Shown in pieces: positions 14,140-28,820 of a DNA stretch of 64,000 nt (positions are counted from its first letter, which is position 1; each line of letters starts with the position of its first letter). Source of the DNA: Octopus vulgaris (lineage: Eukaryota); assembly GCA_951406725.2 (NCBI GenBank), contig OX597816.1:130634001-130698000 (forward strand), in the 5' to 3' direction. A model generated the notes under the pieces. That model searched no databases. It was not told where the DNA came from and worked only from the letters and a program-made list of their open reading frames with translations. The translations under genes were made by a program, and so were the position numbers.

Positions 14140-14995
14140 TTCTAGGGTCAAAGAAGGGAAAACTATTTTGAGTGCTGTTTCGACATTGTCATCACTTCTG
14201 AATGTTTTCCTTCTAGTTAAGTGTTCAAGTTACGTGAATAAGTGATGGTGCTAGGTCTGGCGGGTCGTGAGGGTGAGGTACAGCTTTCAAACCCGAGGAA
14301 TTTATCTTTTCTTGGGTTATCTTCACTCAATGTGGCCCCCTATTACCATGTTGCAGGATGACCCCCTTTCTTTCGACACGTTCAAGTTGTTGATAGTAAA
14401 GTTTGTGAGAAGCTTTCCCTTGTTTAAATAATTCGAACAGAACAATAGTACTTCATTCCATCAAACGTAGAACAAAATCTCCTTTGTGTGTAGATCTAGT
14501 TTGGATGTTGGAACTGGATTTTCAAACTGCTTCGTTCATTAATCGTTGGCATAGAATATCCATTTCTCATCACTACAGTTTCATTAAGTAAAAATGTCAG
14601 TTCATTCCTTTTTACCATATTTTTACAAATTGTTGCAAGTACTGCTTTATTCTCGTGGCACAGCTCATGAGTTACTTTCAACTCTTCTCTATACCCTTTC
14701 TCAATGTGTTTGTACAGTGGATTAAAGTTTATTAAGCCTCGCCGGATCCCCTTCATTATCGGTTTTCACTGCATCATTATAGAGAACAGTTGGTCTTTCT
14801 GATCCATACACATCCAACATATCAAAATCACCGCCTTTGAATTTGTTAAGCCAACTTTGGCATTTCCTAACACTCACATCATCAGAGTATATAGTACACA
14901 CTTTTCCCTTCCACGTGTTGCATTGTTGCTCTTATGAAACTCCATAAAGCATGCAATGCCGAATATGCAGCTCATTAAAGTCCTTGACTTCTATG
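14140..14995 (-). mobile_element. Highly degraded mariner transposase remnant
   Basis: Minus strand gives HIRHCMLY/EFHKSNNAT...SVRKCQSWLNKFKGGDFDMLD (mariner HTH region) with frameshifts. Left boundary approximate. Confidence 0.7.
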
Positions 14996-15198
14996 AGCTA
15001 CAAGACAGAGTACAGCATACACAACGCGTATCAACACTAATGTTTGATCCCTATGTCTACGCTGATTGGTTGATTGCAAGGACAGTTTTTGTTGATTTGT
15101 AAGCTATTTGTGATATGTCAGACTGTCCGCTTGAAAATACAAGATTACTTTTCGGTACCACTTACATATACTTACATACCTATCTATCTATCTATCTA

Positions 15199-15270
<72 letters not shown>

Positions 15271-15274
15271 TCTA

Positions 15275-15340
<66 letters not shown>

Positions 15341-15832
15341 GAATTGTATGTTCTTCCTCACTTGATAAAAATTTTATTCCACATCGACGTGCTTTGAAAT
15401 GATTTTGGTGGATACAAGGAAAGGCTTCCGTGGTTTTGGCTAGACATAAGGGAGTCATTTCCCTTTTCTCTCGCGCCTAGGTGGTAGCTACGAATAGAGA
15501 AGCTCCCGTTTTCATGATATGATATTGCTTAGTAGTATTTCTCTCGCTGTTCCATATTAAGCGTTCGTCTTAAAAAGTACGCCTGAAAAGGACGAAACAA
15601 GACCTATATTCGAAATATGCTCATTTGACTGTGTTTTTGTCTGTGTATGTATGTATGTAAGCATGTATGTATGTATGTATGTATGTATGTATGTATATAT
15701 GTATGCATGTATGTATGTATGCATGTATGTATATATGCATGTATATGTGAGTATGTATGTTTGTGTGCGTGCGTATGTGCATGTGTGAGATAGAAAGAGA
15801 GAAAGAGTGAGAGAGTGTGTATGTGTGTGTGT

Positions 15833-15878
<46 letters not shown>

Positions 15879-16923
15879 ACAGTGCTAAACGTATGTCATT
15901 GCTTTTTTCTCATTCCGTGCGATTAGCATGTCTATTTGCTCTGTTCTGTTCAATGCACAAAATAACAGTCATCTTAATCACTAAGGCAAGTTCCCGCTCC
16001 AGTTGACTTTTTCCAACTTACAGGTGGAGGCCAGTTCACTCGGGCAATGCTCGCCACTCTCGTCAACCTTTCAAACATTTTCTTGGTGCAGCACTTACGT
16101 TTCTACCTCTTTTCCTTTACAAGTGAAAAAAAAAAAAAAAAATCAACTTGATGGGGCCCCTCTGCTCCCCCAAAAGATTTCCACCAGACTCATTAATGCA
16201 TACAAAACGCGTTGCAAAAGAGTTGACAGGACGTGTGAGAGATGCATAAATAGATCGTTAGAAAAACGCAACGATGTGATGAAGGAATATATAATATATA
16301 CATACATATACATACATACACACACGCACACACATATTAAATATATAAATATCTTCTTTTTAGAAACGCCAGCTCTCGACGCAAATAAAGCTATAATTAA
16401 CAGCGTGTAAATATTGGGTTAAAAACCATTTTTGAATGGAAAAAGGTTGAAAGTTTCCCATAGGATTCGAACTTACATCTTTTGTAAATGTCGCAGGCAT
16501 TCTACATATTGCACAAAAAGCAGTTCTCCAAATGTGTCAATCCATTTTATACATATTTTTCTTACCATTAAGGATTATGTGTTGCTGACGTCATAAAATC
16601 CAGAAACTTCGTGAACGTGAGATATTTCTTTTAAGGAATGATGAATCTCGAAGCAAATAAACCTATGAATAATTGGATTGCTGGGTCAATTCTAGAATCC
16701 CAGTCATGTGAACAGGTTAACAGGAAATGTGGATTCGACTTTTTCTATCTAAATAGTTTTCAACTATCCACACGCTGTTCATAGCTTTATTTCCTTCGAG
16801 ATGCACTCTACATAAAAAGAGTTATTTCGCTTTCTCGAATTTTCTAAACTCTTATGACGTCTATTTACATAGATTACACACACACACACATAGACACACA
16901 GACACACACACAGACACACACAG

Positions 16924-16966
<43 letters not shown>

Positions 16967-17071
16967 CTCTCACACACAGTCAATTTAAATAAATGAACAA
17001 TAGCATTAATTACAGATAACAAAAGGACGTGCACAAGGAATGTATTAATTTGTTTCTTAGTAAAAAGAATT

Positions 17072-17104
17072 TTTGACGTTTCAAGCGCAGCTCTTCGTCG
17101 GAAA
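17072..17104 (-). ncRNA. Minimal hammerhead motif with CCGACGA core
   Basis: Minus strand: ttt-CCGACGA-a-gagc-tgc-gctt-GAAAC-GTC-aaa. Palindromic stem III (ACGT), GUC site. Confidence 0.6.
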
Positions 17105-17311
17105 GGAGAAAGGGAAAGGTTCACAGAAGGAAAAGAAATCGCCAACAGCACTACACAAACAAATTTAAAATTTAATACAAACAAATCTATAGACTAAATA
17201 GACTTTCAAGGGTTCGATGTACGAGAAGCTAAGACACTAGTTCCAGATGTCAAACACTGAGAGAGTACCAAAGATCTTAGGACTGCGAAGCGGACATCTT
17301 AACCATTAGGC

Positions 17312-17460
17312 CAGTGTTTTCCAACGTGGGGTCCGCAGAGGTAGTACTAGGGGTCCGTGAACTAAATTCGAAATTTCCTGTATATATACATACATACATA
17401 AAGATAAGCATATTAAAAGGGTTCCGTGAGAAAACTCTGTGAAAAGGTTGGAAACTACTG
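17312..17460. mobile_element. hAT (Charlie-like) MITE
   Basis: TIRs CAGTGTTTTCCAAC / GTTGGAAACTACTG and a perfect 8-bp TSD cattaggc (17304-17311, 17461-17468). Confidence 0.92.
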
Positions 17461-17506
17461 CATTAGGCAATACTTAAATGTCCACGCACTGACACAATAT
17501 AACAAA

Positions 17507-17561
<55 letters not shown>

Positions 17562-18115
17562 GAACGCACACACACACACATACAGCCACACACGTGCACA
17601 CACACATCGTTTTTAAATGCTGAAATATGAAGCAAAAAAGACTATAGAGCAAGGAAGTAGACAAATATATAAAATATATATGAATTAGGCAAGTGAAACA
17701 CGTTGTAGTAATAAGGCGGGAAAACAAAGCGAAACAGTAACAAAATAATTTGTACAATGAAAATAAATAAACACGCCAATTGAAAAGAAATAGAAGACGA
17801 TGTAAGGTTTCAGATTATATTCTTTATCGAAGAAAAGCAAAAGAATTAAGAAAAATAAATAGGAACGATACAAATGTACCAACTTTTCTACGTCTGTTTA
17901 AATTCATGCACACACATACATACACATGCATTTATACAATATATATATATATATATGGCTGCGTGGTTACGAAACTTCGTGGTTTCAGGTTCACATTCGC
18001 TACACGGCACCTTGGGCAAATGTCTTCTACAAGCCGATCAATACTGCCTTGTGAATATTTATGTATATTTTATACACACACACACACACACACGCACACA
18101 CATACAGATATATCC

Positions 18116-18191
<76 letters not shown>

Positions 18192-18460
18192 TTGTTCAAC
18201 TAACCGCTTGGGAACCGGTGTTTCAGATTCTCATATGCTCATTTGACTGTGTTTTTGTCTGTGTATGTATGTATGTAAGCATGTATGTATGTATGTATGT
18301 ATGTATGTATGTATGTATGTATGTTTGTGTTGCACACTATATCAGTCCCTTTATTAAATCAACAATGTCTGTGTTTGTGTTCTGGCAAAAGAGATCGATT
18401 GAATAAGTAGCAGAGTTAAAAAAAAAAAAAGCGCTGTGATCGATTTTTTTTCGACTAAAT

Positions 18461-18974
18461 CAGTGGTTCTCAATCGGGGTCCACGTAAGATTCTGCTATT
18501 AAAATTTATGAGCAATTAATTGGATATACTTCTACAATAAACCAAATATTTTAATTTTCTCATACAATTCCTAATGATATTTAATAACAAGAGTTTTTAA
18601 ACATCGAATGGTTTTGGGGGTCCATCCGAGTAAAATAGGAACCAAAGGGATCCACAACAAGGATAGAGCTGCGTGGTTTAGTGATTAGGGTGTGGAACTC
18701 ATGATCGTAAGATTCTTGGACCGGGCGACGCGTTGTGTTCTTGAGCAAACCACTTCATTTCACATTGTTCCAATCCACTCAGCTGATAAACGAAGAAAAA
18801 AAAGAGTGATCCTGCAATAGACCAGCGTCCCGTCTAAGTGGAGAATTTATACGCCATGGAAACTGGGAAACCGGCCCTTATTGATCGGTATGAATCGAGA
18901 AGGGAACTTTACTCTTTCTTTTTAATAATAGGAATCAAAGGGGTCCAATGGTAAAAAATGGTTGAGGACCACTG
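18461..18974. mobile_element. hAT (Charlie-like) MITE inserted in a family-B SINE and itself carrying a family-C SINE
   Basis: TIRs CAGTGGTTCTCAA / TTGAGGACCACTG; TSD gactaaat/gactaaac (7 of 8 match); nested SINE at about 18665-18910. Confidence 0.88.
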
Positions 18975-19508
18975 GACTAAACCGTCAAGACGGTGCCCCA
19001 GCGTGGCCGCAGGACAATGATTGAAAGTTGAACGATGATTGCTATGATTTAAGGGAGATTTCACTGCTATATCTAACAGATGTTTGATATTTGTTGGTGG
19101 TCAGGAAGATCGTGAGCATTTTTTTTTTTTGCGGGAGGTAGAAGATGGATAAGGGTTGGTGGCGTGAGACATGATGGCATGCAATATTGTAACAAAGCAC
19201 CGCTGTCAAAATGTGATATCGTAAAGTAAAACTGTCAACTTGTGGCTCAGTGACAACGACGTTACTAAAAACTCACCCCCACTCCGCCAACACTACCATT
19301 TTCATCATGATGACCACCACCACAACCTCCACCAATAACATCAACAAGAATCAACAAGAAAAACAATAGCTTTTTCCCCCCCAGTACCACACCACCAGCA
19401 TCCCGACTATCAACTAACAACATTACTACCACTACTGCCCACCCACCATCGTCTAGACCGAGATTGTCTAGTCTAGATCATATGTTCTTGTGTGTGTGTG
19501 TGTGTGTG

Positions 19509-19540
<32 letters not shown>

Positions 19541-19678
19541 GGTATGTATGTATGTCTATTAGTTTGTGATATGCATATGCATATACACAATGTTTAAAAT
19601 AAATATTACGTAAGTATTATATAAAACACATATTTATTGTATTTTAATAGAGAAAACCGAAAGTTACTTCGAAGTGTC

Positions 19679-19757
<79 letters not shown>

Positions 19758-20132
19758 GCTCTCCTTCTCTGTATGCACGTATCTCTGTTTGGATGTGATG
19801 GTGCGCGACCTAGTGGTTAGGGTGTTGCACTCACGATCGCAAGATCGCTGTTTCGATCCCCGGACCAGGCGGTGCATTGTGTTCTTGAGTAAAACTCTTA
19901 CATTTCACGTTGCTCTGTGATCACTTCCATATCTGACGTCTGGTGCACCATGCATCTGTACAGACATTGTTGATTTAATAAAGGGACTGATATAGTGTGC
20001 AACACAAACATTTGGTCTCAATAAACAAATCAGTTGTGCAGTTTGTTCGAGAAATTCCCGAAGTCCTGTTATCTGCGACAGGAATGTCCAGTACACACAC
20101 GCGTATGCACGCACACACAGAGTATGTGTGTA

Positions 20133-20186
<54 letters not shown>

Positions 20187-20260
20187 CTCTCTCTATCTAT
20201 CTATCTATCTATCTATCTGTTATTATTATCATTTGGCTTTCGTAAATGAGGATCTTTATT

Positions 20261-20296
<36 letters not shown>

Positions 20297-21061
20297 TTTC
20301 AGGGTCGAGTTTAAATTCCGCCGAGGTCGACTGCTTTATCCTTTCAGATTAAATAAGTACCAGTTACCAGTTACGCACTGGGGTCGATATAATCGACTTA
20401 GTCTGTTTGTCTATCCTTGTTTGTCCTCTCTGTGTTTAGCCCCTTGTGGGTAGTAAAAAAAATAGGTATTTCGTCGGGCGCTACTTTCTGAGTTCAAATT
20501 CCGCCGAGGTCGACTTTGCCTTTCATCCTTTCGGGGTCGATTAAATAAGTACCAGTTACGCACTGAGGTCGATGTAATCAGCTTAGCTCCTCCCCGCAAA
20601 TTTCAGGCCTTATGCCTATAAAATAATAATTATTATAATTATTATTAAGGTGGCGAGCTGGCAGAATCGCTAGCACACCAGGTGATATGCTTTTATAGCG
20701 GCATTTCGTTCATCTTTACGCCGTGGTCGACTTTGCCCTTTATCCTTTCGGGGTTAATAAAATAAGTACCAGTGAAACACTGGGGTCGATGTAATCGACT
20801 CATCACTTCCCCCAAGATGGCTGCCCTTGTAGCAAAATTTGAAACCATTATTATATTTTTATACGTATATAATATAATATACATGAATATATATATAACC
20901 ACATCGGAACATCTCCCTCCAGAGTTTTCTTGTCTATTAAATCGATCTCAGTAATTATATCAGCCTGATGTATCTTTTATCGATTTCTCTTTATGGAATA
21001 TGTAATTTCTTTTGCGTAAAGGGACCGATGTACATTGGTCTAAAAAAATATATGCCCATAT

Positions 21062-21099
<38 letters not shown>

Positions 21100-22026
21100 A
21101 CACACATACACAGACACACACATTTATATATATGAAAACGTTAGGAACTGAAAGCGCTTCGTAATCCATAAAAGCAAAGCCCACATACATTTTGTGAAAT
21201 CTCTTCCCAAAGGTTAGCGTCTTTTGACTTTCTAAAAAGGTTCTTTTCTCAATCTTAAATCTTTGAGAAAAAATCTTCTCTCCATATATATATATATATA
21301 TATATGATTTCAAATCCTGCACCTGTCATCCCTCAGACATTCATTAAATATTAGGGCCAATGAAATTCGGCCAAACCTCTCACGCTAACATTGCTGTCGT
21401 AGTGCTTAGATTAGAAACAATAACACACCTCTTCTTCAATAACTAGGAACTATTAGCTCAAAACCTAAACACACACACACACACATTAGACAGGTATACT
21501 TTATATGAATACACAGAGATACTAAAATATGTACGTATTTATACACTCACAAGTTTAAAACCTTTCAAACGAACTCGTTAACGTAAATACGAATATGTTG
21601 CATAAAGTAAATAGTTTAATGCACAAACATATATCTATATATCTATATATATATATATATACACACACGCATAGTGAAGTTCAAATATGCGCGTAGAAAG
21701 GAACAAAAGCATAGCAAAAGAACAAACATAACAGATAAACTCATATCAAATGACTACAAAGCAACATATTTTAGTTTGTATTTTAGAGATTACGCAAACT
21801 ATGAAAACCGAAGTATGTTGAATCTTATAAAATAAACGATTATACAACTAATAATTATATATATATAATTATTTATTTACACTTTATATATATATATATA
21901 TATAAAGTGTGCTCAACATTTTAGTACTGAGTTTTCTTTTAATTTATATTTTACTCACACACTCATCATTGCATGCTTATATAATTGATATATATACACA
22001 CAAATACAAACATATGCATATATAAT

Positions 22027-22095
<69 letters not shown>

Positions 22096-22497
22096 CATAT
22101 GCATATATGCATGCATATACACATATATATATTAATATGCACATATAGATGTATATACACACAGATATATATGTATGTGTGTGTATATGTATGTGTATAT
22201 ATAGATACATATATGATGGACTGTGACGACGTATGGGCGTTCAACTTTTGTCGAACGACTTGCACAAATAATTCATAGTGATCAAATGTTCATGCCGCCG
22301 CCCATTAGCTCACTCTCTTCATTAAATCGGCTTTGTGAGAACAGGTGCACAATGTGCCACGCGTCAGGTGTCGAAGTGATCGCAGAGCAACGTAAGATGA
22401 AGTGTTTTGCTCAAGAACACAACGCATCACCCGGTCTAGGAATTGAAACCACGATCTCCCGATCGTGAGTACAACACCCTACCCACTAGGTCATGCA

Positions 22498-22557
<60 letters not shown>

Positions 22558-22638
22558 TGGACAAACGAAAGAAAGTACTCAACACATTTGTTATGAGTTA
22601 TATGTGTGTATGTGTATATATATTCATATATACATATA

Positions 22639-22784
<146 letters not shown>

Positions 22785-23865
22785 AATAAGAAAATGAAGG
22801 GGATCAATAGGTGGTATTCATCAACTTTTAGACATATTATGTCAATTTATTTATTTATTAACTAAAATGACAATTACAACAATATACATACATATATAAC
22901 ATATTATGCTTTACATATATAATATAAAGATACCAGTAATTATTGAAATATATAACATACAGAAATAGAAATTGGGAATATATATATATATATATATATA
23001 TATTCAAAGGAATTCCAACTCTGTCTTTTTTTAATGTTTTATTTATATTCTTTATAATATTAATGTAGAATATAGAATATATAGTATAAATAGTATATAT
23101 AGTAAAATGAAATGAAGTATTGATTGTCTTATTGAATAGATGAAATATTGAATATCAAATATTAAAGGACTAGCATACTTTCTTGCATTTAAGCAGTCTT
23201 CAAGGTCCCAGGTTGTGACAGGAATATTTCAATATATATATGCATTTACTAATCTCACTTTCATGTAGTCCACCAGAACCAGCTGTTTTATGCCTTAAAA
23301 GTATGATTTCCAAACAATAACAATAATAACAACTACAGTACATTATCAACAGCAGTAAGAACAGCAACGACAATAGGAAAGACATATTGTTTTCTGCTTC
23401 TCCACACACCCATCCAGCCATCTATCCGTTCAACCACCTTCTCACTCTCACCCGTCTGGTGATTCTCCTTTTCTAGTTTCACTTACAGTACACATGTAGG
23501 TCGCATGTTTATGTGAACGGTCACCAGGGACAGAACAGGCAACGTGATCCGCTACCGGCAATCTAATACAGGCAAGCAGGCAGACAGGCACTCTCTGCAG
23601 GTTTTCTGTTTCAGAAACAAAAATTTCCGTCACACAATAGTATCAGGGGCAAATGACTGATCTACCGATTGAGAAATGGCAGTGCCTATTATTGGTAGGA
23701 AAGCCGAAGTCACAGTGTTTGCAGTCAGAGATGACGGTGGATCACAGCAAATTCTTTCGTTATCTACAACATGGAAAGACTGCTAACAAAGTTGACGTAA
23801 CTGAATTTAAATACGTCACCCACCTCATTTCCAGTGCTCTCATTTTCTTTCTCTCCCTGTGTGTG

Positions 23866-23897
<32 letters not shown>

Positions 23898-23951
23898 ACT
23901 TACTTGGAAGAGGATGCGTGGCGTTCAGTCATATAATAATGTAAATATGTT

Positions 23952-24072
<121 letters not shown>

Positions 24073-25036
24073 ATGTATGTGTGTATGTATATATATATGT
24101 ATATATGTATGTATGTATGTATATATATATGTATGTATGTACGTATATATATATGTATATATGTTCGTATATATATGCATGTATGTATATATACATATAT
24201 ATATATTTGTATATATATATATTTGTGTATATATATATATGTATATATATATATATGCTTGTGTGTATAGTATGTATACACACTTGTATATATATATATA
24301 TGTGTGTGTGTATATTTATATATATAAACACAAATATATGCAAACATACACATCACACATGCATACATGCACACACACACGCGCGCGCACACACACACAT
24401 ATACACATACGTACGTACATATCATAATTAAGGGTCACGAACGAGCAGCGGCAAACAAGACCGGCTGGGATTATTTACAAGTTTGTTAGTCTAAGTCCTC
24501 TATTACTGTTTTCGGAAAGTGTTACGTTCATGACTATCAGCAGAGACTAGTTACATACAATACAGAACATAGATTGATTCAAATAATGGCTTTAGTTGTT
24601 CTAGCGTACCTTTTTCGTGAAGAGGTGGTGGTTAGCATTGGAGAGAAAGGGCCATGATATCTACAAATATATAAGTTCCTAATTGGGTGTTGTGTTACCC
24701 GATCGCTGAGGACGTCCTAAAGGAAGTAATTCACATACAAACACTTTCAAAGTCGTTGCATTTACGACTCTTTCACTTTTCCATTTTTCTGTCGGAGTAT
24801 GTGTATGTACGAATGTGTGTGCGCTTTTGCGTGAATATCTGTGAGCGCGCGTGCGGCGTGTGTGATGGAATGTGAAGTCTGTGTGTATGTCTGTGGGTGA
24901 GTTTGTGTGCTTGGGTTTGTACGTGTATGTGTGTTATGCATGTGTGATGTATATGTGTATGCATGTAAATATTCTTATATTACAAACACATACATGTAAT
25001 ATAGGAACATATTTAGACATATGTATGTATGCATGC

Positions 25037-25069
<33 letters not shown>

Positions 25070-25786
25070 TGCATGCATATACATACATGCATACATATAT
25101 ATATATATATGTACACACACATGCATATATATACGCACACAAATCCACACATGTATATAGAAATATATTCTTAATTTTTATTTATTTATCAATATATTTC
25201 CCTTTTTAATTTTTTTTCCTTTCATTATCTCCCTTTCTTTCACTAGTGTCATTTTGTTTTTGTCATTCTTTCCCCATCATTCTTTCTACATTTCTTTCAT
25301 TATCTCCTTCGTTTCAACTATAGCTCATTCTCTCCACAATTTGTCTTCCGCTTTTTTTTTTATTACCAAGACGAATAAATATATAAAAAATAATAAGTAA
25401 AGATTGCAATGTCCAACTGTTTTATTTTTGCCTTTTTTAACTTACAAAAAGATAAAGGTAACTATTTTAGTTTAAGTAACTTTGCTGAAAGGATTGTATT
25501 TACGCAAATACACACACACACACACACACACACGCTCACACACACACACAAATACACACACACACACACACACGCACACACACATAGTCGTACAAATACT
25601 CAGATTCTCATATTTGTCTGGATTTCGAAACATGTCCTCTCAAGATAAACTCTAATTTTGTAGGAAGGTTAAAAAAATACAAGATAGTTTAAGGAAGATT
25701 TCAAGAGATTCCCTGATACAGAAGATAAACTGAAATGAATTTCCAGTAGGTTTCCTATCAACTTTTCTTTCTCTCACACACATTGT

Positions 25787-25834
<48 letters not shown>

Positions 25835-25923
25835 TATGTATGTTCAAAATAAAAAAAAACAATATATATAAGCACAAACATATATGTATATGTTTTATCT
25901 TTTTCGGATATCTGAACCACTGA

Positions 25924-25951
<28 letters not shown>

Positions 25952-25956
<5 letters not shown>

Positions 25957-26140
25957 GGAGTAAACACATAAATGTGAAACAAGGTGGAAAAAAGAGTACT
26001 CAAATACCAGTGGTAGAGTAATATGCTTTATTTAAAGCAGCAGAAAATTCAACAAAAATTCTAGCAAAAACTGTCCGACGAACGGGAACGTGAAACTCAG
26101 AGTAACAGGTTTTGTTGAATTTTCTGCAGCTTTAAATAAA

Positions 26141-26145
<5 letters not shown>
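25952..26145. mobile_element. (TA)n-inserted Penelope-like terminal-repeat element with partial inversion and HHR
   Basis: Same family as 39952-40193. HHR at 26071-26108 (+): ctgt-CCGACGA-acg-ggaa-cgt-GAAA-ctc-a-gag-TA-acag. Confidence 0.8.
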
Positions 26146-26182
<37 letters not shown>

Positions 26183-26284
26183 GTCTGCTCGCTTAGTCAG
26201 CGGGGTGGCGTCATTTGAAGGCTAAAACAATACGAAGCGCATTGTGACCAGCGATGTGTAGCAACATCTGATAGCCTGGTCGGT

Positions 26285-26345
<61 letters not shown>

Positions 26346-27057
26346 GAGGTAGGGATGTTTATGGCTGTCAGTAACGCCAATGCTGAAACTTAAAGCCAAT
26401 AACATCTTGTGCAACACTGCTAAGCCTCTCGCCTACAAAGCAAATTAGTCCAGAAACAAGCTAGAGCAATTGTCTCACCCGGTGTCCCTATGGACCTTTG
26501 AGGCTCATATAAGGGTTTTGGGTGTCCACGCACGCAAAATAGTAAATTGGGGGATCCAAAGTATTATTCTTAAGTGTCTATGAGAAAAATTTGGCTTTAG
26601 ATGTATTTATTGCAAGAAACAGCAAGGTTTTTTTCTTAATGTTTGTTTTATGTGAAGTTATATATAGAAGCAACTTAATATTCTTCTCTTTTTTCCTTTT
26701 TTTCTCACCCTCTCTCTCCCTCTCAAGAAGAAATCAGCTGGGAAGGCACACACACACACACACAATATCGGTCTCAAATTTTGGCGTCGTGCCAGCAATT
26801 TTGGTGGTGGGATTAAGTCAATTACATCGATGCCAGACCTCAACTGGAACTTATTTTATCGAGTTCAAAAGGACGAAAGGTAAAGTCGACCTTGGCAGAA
26901 TTTGAACTCAGAAACTAAAGACGGACGAAATGCCGCTAAGCATTTTTTCCGGTGTGTTAACATTTCTGCCAGCTCATCGCCTTACACAACATATGTAATA
27001 CCAAAATTTGAGAGCCATGTCTTTTGTTTTTCTCGGCTGTGTGTTAGAAAAAAGAAC

Positions 27058-27359
27058 CTGTAGTATTTAGGTTAGGTGGACGTTAGAAGTGTCTGGGTGG
27101 TTTGGGGTGTTAAATGTAATTGTAACATCTTAATTTAAAATTATGGAACTAACATTACAATTCGGTGTATGTATGTATGTATGTATGTATGTATGTATGT
27201 ATAGATGGATGGATGGATGGGTAGGGTCACGTCTACATTCTTGTAAATGTATAGAAATATATGAGAATATAATTCAAAAGAGTAAATCTAATTTACAATT
27301 GTAATTAACACCCCACTCACCCAGACACCTCAAGCGTCTACCCAACCTTGTACATACAG
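27058..27359. mobile_element. Old MITE-like element with ~67-bp imperfect inverted repeats
   Basis: 27058-27125 pairs with 27293-27359 (e.g. gtgtctgggtg/cacccagacac, tggggtgttaa/ttaacacccca). No clear TSD. Confidence 0.6.
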
Positions 27360-27688
27360 AAGATCCTTCAGCTCCCCGACAGTCGTAAGCAGTCAAATAC
27401 CAAACTGAGTGTAAACTGTCAGCCTTTGCCATAATAAATATATCTATCCAATCTACCCAAAGTATTGAGTCCTAAAACGAATGATATTTGCATTATACAA
27501 AAAATATAAATGTTTATAGGCGTAGGCATGGCTGTATGGTAAGAAGTTTGGTTCGCAATCGCATGGTGTCATGGTCAGCCCCACAGCATCGCACCTTGGG
27601 CAATTGTCTTCTACAATAGTCTCGGGCCGATCAAAGCCTTGAGAGTGGATTTGATAAACGGAAACTGAAAGAAGTCCGTTGTGTGTGC

Positions 27689-27725
<37 letters not shown>

Positions 27726-27862
27726 TATATATATAAATATATATATATCTTTTAATGTATGCAGTATGAAGCTCGTATCTTTATACTTTGTATATAAATG
27801 ATATTTGTCTATCACTGGAAGGAATACTTTTTTGTTGATCTTACCTTAACGGAACTTCAAAC

Positions 27863-27919
<57 letters not shown>

Positions 27920-28225
27920 ATGTGTGCGCGCGCGTTGGTGCGAATTCGTGTGCGTCTCTTTGTATCTGTGTTTCTCCTCCACTACCACTTGACAACCGGT
28001 GATGGTGCGCTTAGCGAGCGGTTCGTCAAAAGAAACCGATAGAATAAATACCAGGTTTAATAAAATAAGTATTGGGGTCAATTCGTTCGGCTAAAATTCT
28101 TGAAGGCGATGCCTCAGCATGTCCGCAGACTAATAACTGAAGCAAGTAAAAGATAAAATATATATTTGTATGTACCTCACAATTCTTACATTACGATAGA
28201 CACACACACACACATATATAAACGC

Positions 28226-28317
28226 GTGTTGACAGGGATTTCAAGTTTCGCCTTGCGACTTACTTAACTGTGTGACTGAATAAACCGCGATGCGAACCTT
28301 GAAGTCCTTGTTAACAC
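28226..28317 (+). ncRNA. pre-miRNA-like hairpin (candidate)
   Basis: Gap-free 32-bp stem (28226-28257 with 28286-28317): 26 Watson-Crick pairs, 4 G-U and 2 mismatches on the plus strand. 28-nt loop containing UGUG. No known family recognised. Confidence 0.4.
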
Positions 28318-28760
28318 AAATTATATAATGAATTTATAGCTATTCTCAGTATTGGGTCACTATATCAGTAAATTTTCGGTTGTTATTTTGCAACTAGCTT
28401 AAAAAAACATAAACCTCAATTTGTATGATGTCTGTCTCTCGTAATGCGAGAAAGACGTTTCTGCAAGTTTTTGCTGATTAACCGGCACATATGATTTGTT
28501 CATAGTAATCAAATATATGTACTGTACATTAGCTCACTCATGCCATCAAATCCACGTTGCCTGAACAGGTGCACATGTCAGGTGTCGATTGATCGCAAGG
28601 CAACGTGATGATGTGTTTTGCTCAAGAACACGACGCACCACCCGGTCCAGGAACTGAAACCACGATCTCACGATAGTGAGTGCTATACCGTAACCATTAG
28701 CCCTTCAATTTAACACTCACACACACATTCGAGTGCGCGCACAAACAAATATCAAATCAT

Positions 28761-28820
<60 letters not shown>

